A stretch of 64,000 bases of DNA from a virus: the IMG/VR virus record IMGVR_UViG_3300020810_001160, positions 1 through 64,000 of that record; one strand, written 5' to 3'. The notes beneath the pieces are model-generated. The model was not told where the DNA came from and searched no databases. It was given only the letters and a program-made list of their open reading frames with translations. Below, piece after piece: positions 9,217 through 18,991 of the stretch. Position 1 is the first letter of the stretch. Each line of letters starts with the position of its first letter. Made by a program: the position numbers and the translations under genes.

Positions 9217-12200
9217 CTATCCTAATGCCAGTGCATATTCCACTGCAATTTCTGTTGCATCAATAATACTAACAGCACCCGACGAACCTGCGATAGATCC
9301 CCATTGGATACCATCATAAAGTTCAACACGTTGATCTGCGGTGTTGTAACGTATCATACCTGTTATCGGTGTTACTGGTCTATTTGCTGTTGTTCCAACC
9401 GGAAGTACAAATCCACCAGAATCTGACACATCAATATATCCTGTTCCTGTGGTTTTAAACACAATCGGAGCAGATATAATATTAGTTATCGCATTTCCTT
9501 CAAATTTGAAGTCTTCAATCCTGATACTACCATTTCCTTGAGCATTTAGGATCAAATCTTGGTCAACACCAGTGGTTGTCAGTGTATTTCCAGTGATTTG
9601 AATGTCGTCTACAAGTAAACTTGTGACATCAAATCTAGTAGGATTCACATTTGCTACCAAAACTCCACCAGCATAAAATCTAATTGTGTCATCATTAGCA
9701 CCTGGTGTCAATTCTGCTGTGATGTATGTGTCTCGATCTAAATCATAAACACCCGTTAATGCAATCCAGTTTGTTCCGTTGTATCCTTCAAACACAGAAT
9801 CGTCTGTGTTATATCTCATCATACCTGCTGATGGAGAGCCTGGTCTTTCAGCAGTTGTTCCTGTTGGAATTTTTAATGATCCTGTACCAGTTACTTTGAA
9901 AACTCCTGATGCAGGATTTACTATAAAATCGCCTGTGTTATTAGACATTGTGTCACCTGACACAGTAAAGTTTTCAAATTTTACAGAACCTGTACCACTT
10001 GCTCTTAATTCTAAATCTGCGTTTGTGTCATTGGTTTGAATAACATTTGTATTAATATTAACTGAATCAATCTGTGCTTCATTGGCAAATACTGTGTTCC
10101 ATCTTTTTGTGGCAGAACCAATGTTGTATGTGTTGTCTTGTGCTGGAATAATATCTGATCCTATACCTGCTGTGATATTAATTGAATCTGTTGTTTCATC
10201 ACCAATTGTGACATTGCCACCTATTGTGATATCTCCTGTTACATCGAGATTTCCATCAATATTAACATTGTCCACAAAATTAATTTGATTACTGAAAGCA
10301 TCTAAATTTAAATCACCTGATGTGGTTGTTACTTCATTGCCAGAAATTTTTACATTACCTGTTTCAATTGAATTACCTGAAATTACAGTAACATTTGGAC
10401 CTGATGTAAATGTAAGTGCTTGATCAACATCTATGTTTAATGATGCTGATGTAAAGTTAACTTGTCCTGTATTTTGATTTACATGAAATTGATCACCAAC
10501 TCTAAAGTCACCTTTATGGTCAACAGATGAATAATAAATTTTAGCATTGTTAGATGTAACCACTTCATTGGCTTGAATAACTGTAACTTCATCATTATCT
10601 GTTTCGTAGTCGTTACCAATATAGGCAAAATTGTGAGATATCAAATACATTTTTACACCGACACCATCTCCTACTGCTCCATATGTTCCGTAGATTGATG
10701 CTGATGCTATTGATCTTACTTCTGCACCAAAGTCTGTATAATCAACCAATGTGAAGTTGGTTGCTGTTGCTCCTGTTGAAAATCTAATATCTTGAACAGC
10801 AATGTTTGTGTCTAATAAAACAGTTGATCCATTTGGTCCATTAAATCTAGAAACTAAAACTGTGTCTGGATTTCCAATAGCCTCTGTTGTTGGAGGAGTA
10901 AAGTTTGCTGTTCTAATTGCTGAACCTTTGTAAATTACAAAGTCGTCTATGTTACCAATAAAGCCATTGTTGTTGTCATAGTTGTTACCCATCACAAGAG
11001 GTTTTGCCGCACCTAAATCATTTGCTAGAGTTGTACTTCCAACATTTTGTCCAGCAATGTACATTGTAACTGTTGATCCATTTCTCACAATTGAACAATG
11101 TGTCCAAGTGTTTAAATTAAATCCTTGAGAACCTGTAATAACGTTAGCACCATTTACATATAATTTTGGTGCGTTGTTTGTGAGATACAACATCAAAGAA
11201 TATTCAATCGACTGATTGTTTCTAAAATCAAACAGTGTTGTAGATTGTAATTGAGTTGCGTATGCCCAGAATTCAATAGTGAAATTACCAGTGCCGAATC
11301 CAAAGTCTGCTGTGGTTGAAATAGAAGCACTATCTCCTATTCCATCCAACAGCAAACTAGCCTGTCCAAACTTCTTAACATTGGTATCTAATTGTGCATC
11401 ACCATTGGCAGTTATTTGTTTGCCAGTGGTTTCAGGTGGTAAAGCAAAACCAGTTGACTTACCATCTATAATAATTTTTCCATTGTCTACAGATTCAACT
11501 GTGCCGGTACCTAATACAGTAACACCATCCACATCATAATATGTGATCACGTGTCCAGGTGCTATAGGTGTACCTGTAAATCCAGAAACTCTTAATTGTG
11601 TTTTTCCATCTTCTGCTAAACCAGATACACCATCTACTGCGTAGATACTTCTTGCCGCAAAATAAGTGAACGAGTTTAACCATTCAATACGCACACCGTT
11701 TGTTAATGTGATTGCATCCACACCTGGTGTTATAAATGTTGCATTTTGAAACAAACAACTTGCTTCGTTTGAAGCCGGAGTTGCTACTGCACCATCTAAT
11801 AGAGCACCTTTACCAGCATCTCCGGATCCAAATCCTCTTGGATCTTGTGCTGTGGTTATTGAACCTTGTGTGATTACAGATACGTTTCTAATGTAAGGTG
11901 ATCTTGAACTGATCTGAAAGCCTGTTGAATCATCTGCACCTGTTGAATTAAATCTAAATGCGTGTCCTGTATTAGCAACACTGTTGTAATAAAATCCTGT
12001 AACTGTTAAATCTTCGATCGTCACTTCACCATTAAGAATGAAAGCATCTTGACTATTTGTTAAGGCACTGGGTTGAATTGTTACTGCTCTTAATCCGTCA
12101 CCTCTGATTGAAACTCCTGTTGGAACAACCAAAGGAAAATCTTCTGTGTATGTGCCTGGATATATGTAAATGTGATCTCCTGCCACTGCCACTGATAATG

Positions 12201-12948
12201 CTTGTTCAATAGAAGCATAAGGATCGTTTTGGTGCGTTCCTGATTTAGCATCATCGCCGTTGGTTGCAACATATATCACCTTTCCAGGACGTGCTGTTAA
12301 GTCAAGTCCTTGTACTGTGATGTTGCCAGAAAGTGTTAGATTATCTACAATTAAGTTGTTGGCATATGCATTGTTCCAACGTTTTGTAGGTGTACCTAAA
12401 TTATAAGTGTCTGATTGATCTGGTGTTAAATTAGATGTGATATCAGCATTGATCGTGATTGAATCTGTGTCTGAATCTCCAATGGTAATGTTACCATCTG
12501 CTCTAATATTACCAGTTGCGTGAATATTTCCGTTTACTCTAGTGTTACCGTGTACTTCGACGATACCCGTTCCGCTTGTTACTATTTCAAAATTTTGATT
12601 AGAATCTGTTGCTGTGATGGAATTTCCATCGATTATTAAATCATTAACAAATATCCTATTGTTGTAAATGATGCCATCAGCGGCTGAAAAATTTAATTGT
12701 GGTGCTGTGGTACTGATTGTGTTGCCAGATACTCTGACATTGCCCACATCTAATTGTCCTGTAACTTCTGCATTTACTGTACGTGCTGTTCCATTTACGT
12801 CTAATGGATACTGCGGAGTAGCGGTTTTTATGCCGATCCTGTTGTTATTAACATCAATGTATAACAGGTTAGTCTCAAAAGCCAAGTCTGCTCCATTACG
12901 CAGAAGATTGGACTTTAAGAGCTGACCCGAAATTCGACCAACGGCCAT
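9217..12948 (-). CDS. Virion fibre protein with beta-helix-like and LamG/ConA-like domains
   Basis: 1243 aa; AAGGAG RBS; YVATNGDD...PYASIEQAL segment; LamG-like DFGFGTGNFTIEFW...WTHCSIVRNG...GNIDDFVIY; two GTTA.RP....GM.RYNT repeats. Confidence 0.7.
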   Translation of the reverse strand: MAVGRISGQLLKSNLLRNGADLAFETNLLYIDVNNNRIGIKTATPQYPLDVNGTARTVNAEVTGQLDVGNVRVSGNTISTTAPQLNFSAADGIIYNNRIFVNDLIIDGNSITATDSNQNFEIVTSGTGIVEVHGNTRVNGNIHATGNIRADGNITIGDSDTDSITINADITSNLTPDQSDTYNLGTPTKRWNNAYANNLIVDNLTLSGNITVQGLDLTARPGKVIYVATNGDDAKSGTHQNDPYASIEQALSVAVAGDHIYIYPGTYTEDFPLVVPTGVSIRGDGLRAVTIQPSALTNSQDAFILNGEVTIEDLTVTGFYYNSVANTGHAFRFNSTGADDSTGFQISSRSPYIRNVSVITQGSITTAQDPRGFGSGDAGKGALLDGAVATPASNEASCLFQNATFITPGVDAITLTNGVRIEWLNSFTYFAARSIYAVDGVSGLAEDGKTQLRVSGFTGTPIAPGHVITYYDVDGVTVLGTGTVESVDNGKIIIDGKSTGFALPPETTGKQITANGDAQLDTNVKKFGQASLLLDGIGDSASISTTADFGFGTGNFTIEFWAYATQLQSTTLFDFRNNQSIEYSLMLYLTNNAPKLYVNGANVITGSQGFNLNTWTHCSIVRNGSTVTMYIAGQNVGSTTLANDLGAAKPLVMGNNYDNNNGFIGNIDDFVIYKGSAIRTANFTPPTTEAIGNPDTVLVSRFNGPNGSTVLLDTNIAVQDIRFSTGATATNFTLVDYTDFGAEVRSIASASIYGTYGAVGDGVGVKMYLISHNFAYIGNDYETDNDEVTVIQANEVVTSNNAKIYYSSVDHKGDFRVGDQFHVNQNTGQVNFTSASLNIDVDQALTFTSGPNVTVISGNSIETGNVKISGNEVTTTSGDLNLDAFSNQINFVDNVNIDGNLDVTGDITIGGNVTIGDETTDSINITAGIGSDIIPAQDNTYNIGSATKRWNTVFANEAQIDSVNINTNVIQTNDTNADLELRASGTGSVKFENFTVSGDTMSNNTGDFIVNPASGVFKVTGTGSLKIPTGTTAERPGSPSAGMMRYNTDDSVFEGYNGTNWIALTGVYDLDRDTYITAELTPGANDDTIRFYAGGVLVANVNPTRFDVTSLLVDDIQITGNTLTTTGVDQDLILNAQGNGSIRIEDFKFEGNAITNIISAPIVFKTTGTGYIDVSDSGGFVLPVGTTANRPVTPITGMIRYNTADQRVELYDGIQWGSIAGSSGAVSIIDATEIAVEYALALG

Positions 12949-12961
12949 TGTTTACTCCTTT

Positions 12962-13072
12962 TTAAGCACGGGGATCTTGTCCCACCAACCTGATTTTCAC
13001 CTTGCGTTGTTCACAAGTTCTTCGTCGGTTGTACCACGGTTTGTCCTGCTGAATCTGGTCGGATAACAGCAT
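12962..13072 (-). ncRNA. Candidate structured 5' leader RNA of the 1243-aa fibre gene
   Basis: Lies between a TAAATA motif (13079-13084) and the RBS. Stems UGCUG/CAGCA, CAACC/GGUUG, CUUGUG/CGCAAG and GGGA/UCCC; GC-richer than other intergenic gaps. Confidence 0.5.
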
Positions 13073-13078
13073 TAATGT

Positions 13079-13086
13079 TATTTATC
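13079..13086 (-). promoter_or_regulatory. Putative late promoter (GATAAATA)
   Basis: Recurrent motif directly upstream of the structured leader. Confidence 0.6.
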
Positions 13087-13123
13087 GAGGTTTTGGTATT
13101 ATATTGTACAAGGTTAATTTATA

Positions 13124-15967
13124 CTAGTTTAATATCAGGTTATAAATGGTATTCAAATCGTTGGCTAGTTCTCTGGTCACTGTGACCTCTTGTACACCAA
13201 TGGATTGAACCCATCCATCTGCCGCGCCAGCATACACCTGTAACTCCTTATTGTCTGTGTTGAACCACAAGGCTCCCAATCTTGGTACTGTTGCGTTTCT
13301 TTGTGCTTCAGTTCCATATGGTCCTACGTAACCGTTTGTGGTGTCAAATTGAACTGTTCTGTTCTGTTTTAAGCCTGTTCCAGTAATGGTAATATCAGCA
13401 TCAACAACTGTGTTTTCTATCAAACCACCAGTTATTTCAAGGTTTGCTGTGTCCAGCACAACTTTACCTGCACCGTTGGCTATCAATGCGGCTTGCCCAC
13501 CTATACTGCCCACAGTTACAGTGTTGTTATCCAGTGCAAACTGATTTTGACTGGAAAATCTAGTAACCCTTAAATTACCCAAGCCGTCTATTTCACCTAT
13601 ATTATTCGATCCTGCGTAAAAAGTAAATTTATTATTGTTTAATTCTATTGCAGTATTTCTATCACCATCTTTAATTCCATTCAGTGCTATTTTGCCTGTG
13701 GAGAACATTTCAAATTCGTTCAAAGATGTATCATATCTAATGGCATTTCCTTCAGCAGGATCTTGAGCAGTTGTACCTTTAGGAATTTCAATGTTGGATA
13801 ATCCTACAAATTGTAAACTGTTTCCACTGACCCCAAATCCTAGATCTCCTTGTGATGATGTGATTGTTGTTTTAAATCCAATACCTTCTAAATTAACTTT
13901 ACCTGTGCCACTGCCTCTTAATTCTATGTCAGAGTTTGTGTCTGTGGCTTGTATGATGTTGTTGTGAACTTCTAAACTGCCTGTTGAAAATCTTGTGCTT
14001 TCTAGATTCTGCCAACGCTTTGTGCTGGATCCTATATTACTTTGAGTATCTTGACTTGGTAATAAATCTTGTTGAAAGTCCATAGCAAAATCCACAGTGT
14101 CACCTGCTTCATTTCCAAAATTAATTGCAGATCCTCCAATAGTTACATTGCCTGTAACATCAACGTTTGGCATCAATACATTTGAATTTAAATTTACATT
14201 ATTAGATCCAGCCGCACTAATTGTTAATCCGCCTTGTAAAGTTTGTATTTTGTTGTTTGAAATTCTAAAATTGGGAACATCTATTTTTGTAGCATCTATT
14301 AAAGTTGTTGTACCAGCCACACCAACAGTAAGTGTTGAAGCACCTAAATCTCCATCATTTACAGCAATTGATGTTGTGCCTTTGCCAAAGTCAATTATAA
14401 AATTGTCACCAACTCTAAAGTCTCCTCCTTGATCTTGACTGACATAATAGATTCTACCGCTGTTAGTTTCTTCTGTTTCGTTATTTTGATCAATTAAAGA
14501 TTCATCGTTTTCGACATCTTTACCTGAACCAACATAAGCAAAATTATGAGATATAGCATAGCCTTTTGTGTTTAATCCATCTGCTGTGATACCTTTATTA
14601 CCGTACACACTGGCAGAAGCAATTATTCTTGCTTCAGAACCACTTAATAATTTTATACTGGTATCGGAAAAATATGTAAAACAATCTATAATTTCTGCTC
14701 TGGCTTGATTTTTTAGTGTTATACCGTCTGCCCCTGGTGTAATAAAAGTGACTGCGTTGAACAACATTGATGCTCTTGGAGAGGCATTGTCTAATACCGA
14801 TCCATCTACCAATGCGCCTTTACCAGCATCACCCGAATCAAAACCTCTTGGATCATCTACAGTTCTTGTTTCTCCTTGCGTAAGAACTGTAACGTTTTGT
14901 ATGTATGGAGATTTTGTAACAATACCGGCATTTGGTGCAAATCTAAAAGCATAACCTTTATCATTTACAGCATCATATTGAAAATCTTTAATAGTTAATT
15001 CTGAAACCATGGACGCATCATTTAACAAAAATGCATCTTGAAATCTTACTGGTACTTTTGGTTTAATAATTACCGATCTGATGCCGGCACCTTTAACAGT
15101 TACGTTTGCTGGTACTTCTAATGGAAATTCTTCTATGTAAGTGCCGGGTAAAATGTGTACTTCATGTGGACCATTTGTGCTTTCTTCTAACTGTTGAAGT
15201 GCGTGTTTGATTGTGCCAAAAGCAAAGTTAGGATGATTTCCTGTTAATAAATCTGTTCCGTTAGTACTCACATACCACTTGTTCTCTATACCTAAGTTTA
15301 CTCTTACACCTGCTAGTGAGATTGTATTATCAACAACAATATCATTCAATCCAGTCATTGCTTGAACATTTACTTGTCCCCAACGTTGATCCGTTTGTCC
15401 AATATTGTATATTCCTGTTTGATCTGGAATTAGATCAGATTCTATATCTCCTTCAAAACTTAATGTGTCGTCTTGACTGTCTCCACCGATAAAAATATTT
15501 CCATCAAATGTGATATCGCCTGTGGCTCGAATATTTCCATAAGTTTTTAAATCTGATGGAATGTTAAAAATACCTGTGCCTGGACCTGGGTGGATATTGA
15601 TATTATCATTGTTGTATGCTCTAATTCCGCTGTTTGTAAATGCTAAATTGTCTGTTCGCAATTCAGTCATTTGAAAACTAGAACCTGCAATCATATTGAT
15701 TGGACCTGTCAGTGTTGAAACAGTTTGTGTAGGACCGTCAATATCGATATTACCTACCGATGCAGAATTAGTTGCTATTAGATTTCCTCTGTAAATAGCA
15801 TCTCCGCTTACTTGTAAATCTCTTGTAGGAGCGTCATTTCTTACACCAATTTTACCATTAGTGTGTCCAATAAACAATAAGTCTGTTTCAAAAGCCAAAT
15901 CACTATTTCTAGTTAGATTTGCTTTCAATAATGGACCTGATATCCTACCTACATTGGTTACTGGCAT
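13124..15967 (-). CDS. Virion fibre protein, paralog of 9217..12948 lacking the LamG insert
   Basis: 947 aa; shares VGRISG.LLK.NL.R..DLAFET.LL, DPRGF.SGDAGKGAL.DG, TFITPG.D.ITL and ISHNFAY.G with 9217..12948; AAGGAG RBS; AATAAATA motif at about 15984-15991. Confidence 0.75.
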   Translation of the reverse strand: MPVTNVGRISGPLLKANLTRNSDLAFETDLLFIGHTNGKIGVRNDAPTRDLQVSGDAIYRGNLIATNSASVGNIDIDGPTQTVSTLTGPINMIAGSSFQMTELRTDNLAFTNSGIRAYNNDNINIHPGPGTGIFNIPSDLKTYGNIRATGDITFDGNIFIGGDSQDDTLSFEGDIESDLIPDQTGIYNIGQTDQRWGQVNVQAMTGLNDIVVDNTISLAGVRVNLGIENKWYVSTNGTDLLTGNHPNFAFGTIKHALQQLEESTNGPHEVHILPGTYIEEFPLEVPANVTVKGAGIRSVIIKPKVPVRFQDAFLLNDASMVSELTIKDFQYDAVNDKGYAFRFAPNAGIVTKSPYIQNVTVLTQGETRTVDDPRGFDSGDAGKGALVDGSVLDNASPRASMLFNAVTFITPGADGITLKNQARAEIIDCFTYFSDTSIKLLSGSEARIIASASVYGNKGITADGLNTKGYAISHNFAYVGSGKDVENDESLIDQNNETEETNSGRIYYVSQDQGGDFRVGDNFIIDFGKGTTSIAVNDGDLGASTLTVGVAGTTTLIDATKIDVPNFRISNNKIQTLQGGLTISAAGSNNVNLNSNVLMPNVDVTGNVTIGGSAINFGNEAGDTVDFAMDFQQDLLPSQDTQSNIGSSTKRWQNLESTRFSTGSLEVHNNIIQATDTNSDIELRGSGTGKVNLEGIGFKTTITSSQGDLGFGVSGNSLQFVGLSNIEIPKGTTAQDPAEGNAIRYDTSLNEFEMFSTGKIALNGIKDGDRNTAIELNNNKFTFYAGSNNIGEIDGLGNLRVTRFSSQNQFALDNNTVTVGSIGGQAALIANGAGKVVLDTANLEITGGLIENTVVDADITITGTGLKQNRTVQFDTTNGYVGPYGTEAQRNATVPRLGALWFNTDNKELQVYAGAADGWVQSIGVQEVTVTRELANDLNTIYNLILN

Positions 15968-16008
15968 AATACTCCTTTTTTAGTATTTATTGAATTTTTG
16001 AAAAGGTA

Positions 16009-16806
16009 TTATTTGTCAAAATTATGTAAAATTGTGATCGGCTTGCCTGTGGGCACTGCTGTACCGAATGTGATGTATTGTCCTGATGGATATGCTAATC
16101 CTGTTATAGAACTTCTTCCATCCATTCTGAATGTGTTTCCGCCACCTAAATTTGCTTCATCAAACATCAATCGATTTACACTTAGATGTGAAGGCGTAAC
16201 TGCTGTAACTGTGTATGTTCCGTTGTTAGTTGCTGAGCCTGTTACTATGAGAGTTTGATCCACGTGATAACCTTTTGATTGCCAATCTACTAACTGTGTG
16301 TTACCACTTACAAATGCTCCAACACCTGTTGAATTGTAATCTCTCACAGCAGAAATAATATTGCTGTTTACATCACAAGGATTCTGTGTTAGTGTGTAGT
16401 TGGTGTTAGGAATTTGTAAAACGTTTTCTACCATTACTAAAACGTTTTCTGGAGATGTTGGATACCCTAAACCTGATCCAAATCCATCATTTAAAACTCC
16501 AAAGTTTACTTCTGTGTCATCGCCATTGCCTAAGTTTTGTACCACAATATTTTGTGGTTCTGATAATCTAAACTGTTTCCAAACAGGAGCACCGCCTTGT
16601 AATGATTCATACACTTCTAATTGTCTCAATGTAGTGTTAAATCTTAATTGACCTTCTTGAGGACTTGCAGGTCTTTGTGCTTGAGTTCCTTTAGGAACTA
16701 AAAAAGCACCCGTTGATTGTGCTTCAATCTCTTCGTATTGAGTGTATATTAAACCTTTTCCGTTTAATAATCTTTTGTTTGTACTTTGACGTTTTAGATA
16801 TCTCAT
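16009..16806 (-). CDS. Virion structural protein
   Basis: 265 aa; GTQAQRP...GQLRFNT..QLEVY motif also found in the neighbouring fibre proteins; TAATG coupling with the upstream gene. Confidence 0.65.
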   Translation of the reverse strand: MRYLKRQSTNKRLLNGKGLIYTQYEEIEAQSTGAFLVPKGTQAQRPASPQEGQLRFNTTLRQLEVYESLQGGAPVWKQFRLSEPQNIVVQNLGNGDDTEVNFGVLNDGFGSGLGYPTSPENVLVMVENVLQIPNTNYTLTQNPCDVNSNIISAVRDYNSTGVGAFVSGNTQLVDWQSKGYHVDQTLIVTGSATNNGTYTVTAVTPSHLSVNRLMFDEANLGGGNTFRMDGRSSITGLAYPSGQYITFGTAVPTGKPITILHNFDK

Positions 16807-17132
16807 TACACCTCCAAGTAACTGACCACAACTGATAAGTTGTTAGCACCTGATTGAGCAACTCTGATAAAGTCACCAGCACTCAGAACAATTTTTTCTG
16901 AATCTAAAGTGAATGTTTCTGCTCCTGGTAATAATGCGTTGTTCACAATCATCGATCTGTTGGCATTGTAAGAACCTGTCACAGCGTACAATGTAAAATT
17001 ACTGTCTTCACCGCCTGTGGCATCTTCTGGTCCAATGTTTGTGATCAATATAGATGTGATAGCATAACTTTTACCTGCAGGAACTGTTAAAACATCAACT
17101 GTACCGTTTACTTCTGTGTTTGTTATTGCCAT
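16806..17132 (-). CDS. Small beta-rich virion protein
   Basis: 108 aa; AGGAG RBS; similar to 8877..9209. Confidence 0.65.
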   Translation of the reverse strand: MAITNTEVNGTVDVLTVPAGKSYAITSILITNIGPEDATGGEDSNFTLYAVTGSYNANRSMIVNNALLPGAETFTLDSEKIVLSAGDFIRVAQSGANNLSVVVSYLEV

Positions 17133-17141
17133 TGTTTCTCC

Positions 17142-18179
17142 TTAAAATAATAGTCCGAAAAGCAGTGCTCTGTTCTTACTGATCACTTCTCCTCTTGTGT
17201 CGTTTGTATTTACAAAATATAATCCTGTATCGCCACCAGATGGTGATTTCGCATACAATTTAACGCCATTGGCGTCGAATAACGGGTCAATTGCAGGATC
17301 TTGAATGCTTGGTCTATTGTTGATAACAAACGAGTCATTTACCCTTACAGACCCCGTTCCTGGTGCTACCAATTCTAAATCTTGGTTTGAATTCAGACCG
17401 CTGATTTTGTCGTCTTCAAATCTAATGCTACCAATATCTGTAGTTTGTTGATATAATTCAAATCTAGTAGGTTCCCATAATCCTACCAATGTACCATCAA
17501 TTGTGATTTCAATTTTAGATGTGTTACCTGATGAAGAATTGTCTGTGATTTTTACTTCTGTGTCACCGTCAACTATTCTCGGAAATGCCGCACCAACAAC
17601 GATTGCGTTGATTTCATCATCCACATATTTTTTATTTGGAATATCATTGTCATCATTCATTCTGCTGACATAATTTGCTGGAGCAATACTACCACCTAAT
17701 CTTAGTGTGCCTCCTCCACCAGGTTCAAAATAAATTGCATTTGAGTTGTTAATATTGGCAACTTTTAATGCTAACGTATCACCTGAAGCAGAAACTACTT
17801 TAAAAGATCCAAAGTTAGGACCTTGTCCTGCTTGTTGTCCAATACCTGGACCTTGTGAAGTTGTTTGTGTGTTGGGATCATTCCAAGCAATCTTTTCATC
17901 GTACACAAAACGTACATCGTCAAGATTTCCTCTGTCTACTCTGATTCCTGATTCTTGATTATTGTCGGTGATGCTGTAACCAGTTTCACCTTTGTTTAAT
18001 AAAATTTCGTTATCTTCAATGTCAAGGTTTGCTGTGTTTACTGTGGTTGTTTCTCCTTCCACAATCAAGTCACCAGTAATTCTTGTGATACCTGTATTAC
18101 CTGTATCTAAAATAATTTCGTTAGAGTCTGACACTCTAATTTTATAATTACCTGTTTCTAAATAAACTGTTTTTGACAT
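17142..18179 (-). CDS. Virion structural/fibre-associated protein
   Basis: Start reassigned to the ATG at 18179 (MSKTVYLETG, 345 aa) after TAAGGA; the ORF-track start at 18209 falls inside a hairpin. Contains TTVNTANLDIEDNEILLNKGE, a motif common in myovirus fibre proteins. Confidence 0.65.
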   Translation of the reverse strand: MSKTVYLETGNYKIRVSDSNEIILDTGNTGITRITGDLIVEGETTTVNTANLDIEDNEILLNKGETGYSITDNNQESGIRVDRGNLDDVRFVYDEKIAWNDPNTQTTSQGPGIGQQAGQGPNFGSFKVVSASGDTLALKVANINNSNAIYFEPGGGGTLRLGGSIAPANYVSRMNDDNDIPNKKYVDDEINAIVVGAAFPRIVDGDTEVKITDNSSSGNTSKIEITIDGTLVGLWEPTRFELYQQTTDIGSIRFEDDKISGLNSNQDLELVAPGTGSVRVNDSFVINNRPSIQDPAIDPLFDANGVKLYAKSPSGGDTGLYFVNTNDTRGEVISKNRALLFGLLF

Positions 18180-18190
18180 CTTGTTCCTTA

Positions 18191-18218
18191 TTTTAGGGAG
18201 TGTTGCCACTCCCTAAAA
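18191..18218 (-). other. 12-bp intergenic hairpin with a GCAA loop
   Basis: TTTTAGGGAGTG-GCAA-CACTCCCTAAAA on the minus strand; no downstream U-tract on either strand. Confidence 0.75.
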
Positions 18219-18228
18219 AAATTACTTA

Positions 18229-18621
18229 TTACAGTGCAGTTAACACCAACACGTTTGATGTTGAGTCATCTGATACTGCCCAAGTATATCTGTTGTTAGA
18301 AAAATCTCTACAAGTTCTGTTGTAAAGTTTTTTAATTGTAACACCGTCTCCTGTGCCACCAACGTAACCTAATAGGTTCATTTCGCCATCTGCTAAAGCA
18401 CCTGCATCTTTATTTACAAGTGTACAGATTCCGTCAGTGCCTGAGCCGTCGTTAGCATCGTTAACTTTAAATTTGTTAACAGATCTTTGACTTAAGATTA
18501 TACCTGTGTTTGATATTGCTTCTCCAGTAACTTTTACGTTAACTGTGATATTTTCTGACGCTTCGCTACCTACTTCATCAAGTACAGTTCCGAAGTATCT
18601 TTTGTTTACCGGTCTTCCCAT
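18229..18621 (-). CDS. Hypothetical 130-aa protein, probably structural
   Basis: Start reassigned to the ATG at 18621 (MGRPVNKRYFG), preceded by AAGGAG. Confidence 0.7.
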   Translation of the reverse strand: MGRPVNKRYFGTVLDEVGSEASENITVNVKVTGEAISNTGIILSQRSVNKFKVNDANDGSGTDGICTLVNKDAGALADGEMNLLGYVGGTGDGVTIKKLYNRTCRDFSNNRYTWAVSDDSTSNVLVLTAL

Positions 18622-18639
18622 TTGTTTTCTCCTTTTTTG

Positions 18640-18698
18640 ACGTTCTAGGTCTACGAGGTTGTGTCCCCATAAGTCCAGCCGAAACTGGCCCAAAACAT
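18640..18698 (-). ncRNA. Candidate three-way-junction 5' leader RNA
   Basis: P1 AUGUUUUGGG/CCUAGAACGU, P2 CCAGU-UUCG-GCUGG, P3 UAUGGGG/CCUCGUA; lies between TAAATA (18712-18717) and the RBS. Confidence 0.6.
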
Positions 18699-18714
18699 AT
18701 GTTTACAAGAGTAT

Positions 18715-18987
18715 TTATCGTTTGCTGAGTGATGCCAATAGCTCTACTTTTGAGAATTTTTTTGCTAGTTCTAAGGCTTGTACAAGCACTTGATTGGCTT
18801 GTTCTAAATAGTGTTCACGTTTGGTCCTGCGATAATCCACTAGTATGTTGGTGTATTCATCATACATTTTATCCAATGTGCGTTCCAGTCTTTTGATGTC
18901 GTTTATGAATATGCCGTGATTGCGTTTCCACACTTGTAATCTTTCCTGATATTCTTTAAATTCTACAAGCAGTTGTTCATGTTTCAT
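18715..18987 (-). CDS. Hypothetical helical/coiled-coil protein
   Basis: 90 aa, charged and helical; TAAATA 5 nt upstream of the ATG. Confidence 0.65.
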   Translation of the reverse strand: MKHEQLLVEFKEYQERLQVWKRNHGIFINDIKRLERTLDKMYDEYTNILVDYRRTKREHYLEQANQVLVQALELAKKFSKVELLASLSKR

Positions 18988-18991
18988 ACAA

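Noticed and set aside
12962-13072. Glycine or c-di-GMP riboswitch (ACCGACGAAGAA, UCAGGU, GGACAAACC resemblance)
   Set aside because: The GGAGA element of the glycine aptamer and the GAAA tetraloop/receptor layout of c-di-GMP-I are absent; kept only as an unassigned leader.
18191-18218. Rho-independent terminator
   Set aside because: No U-tract follows the stem on either strand.
18622-18693. N-terminal extension of the ORF called 18229..18693
   Set aside because: A strong AAGGAG precedes the ATG at 18621, and the extension coincides with the structured leader.
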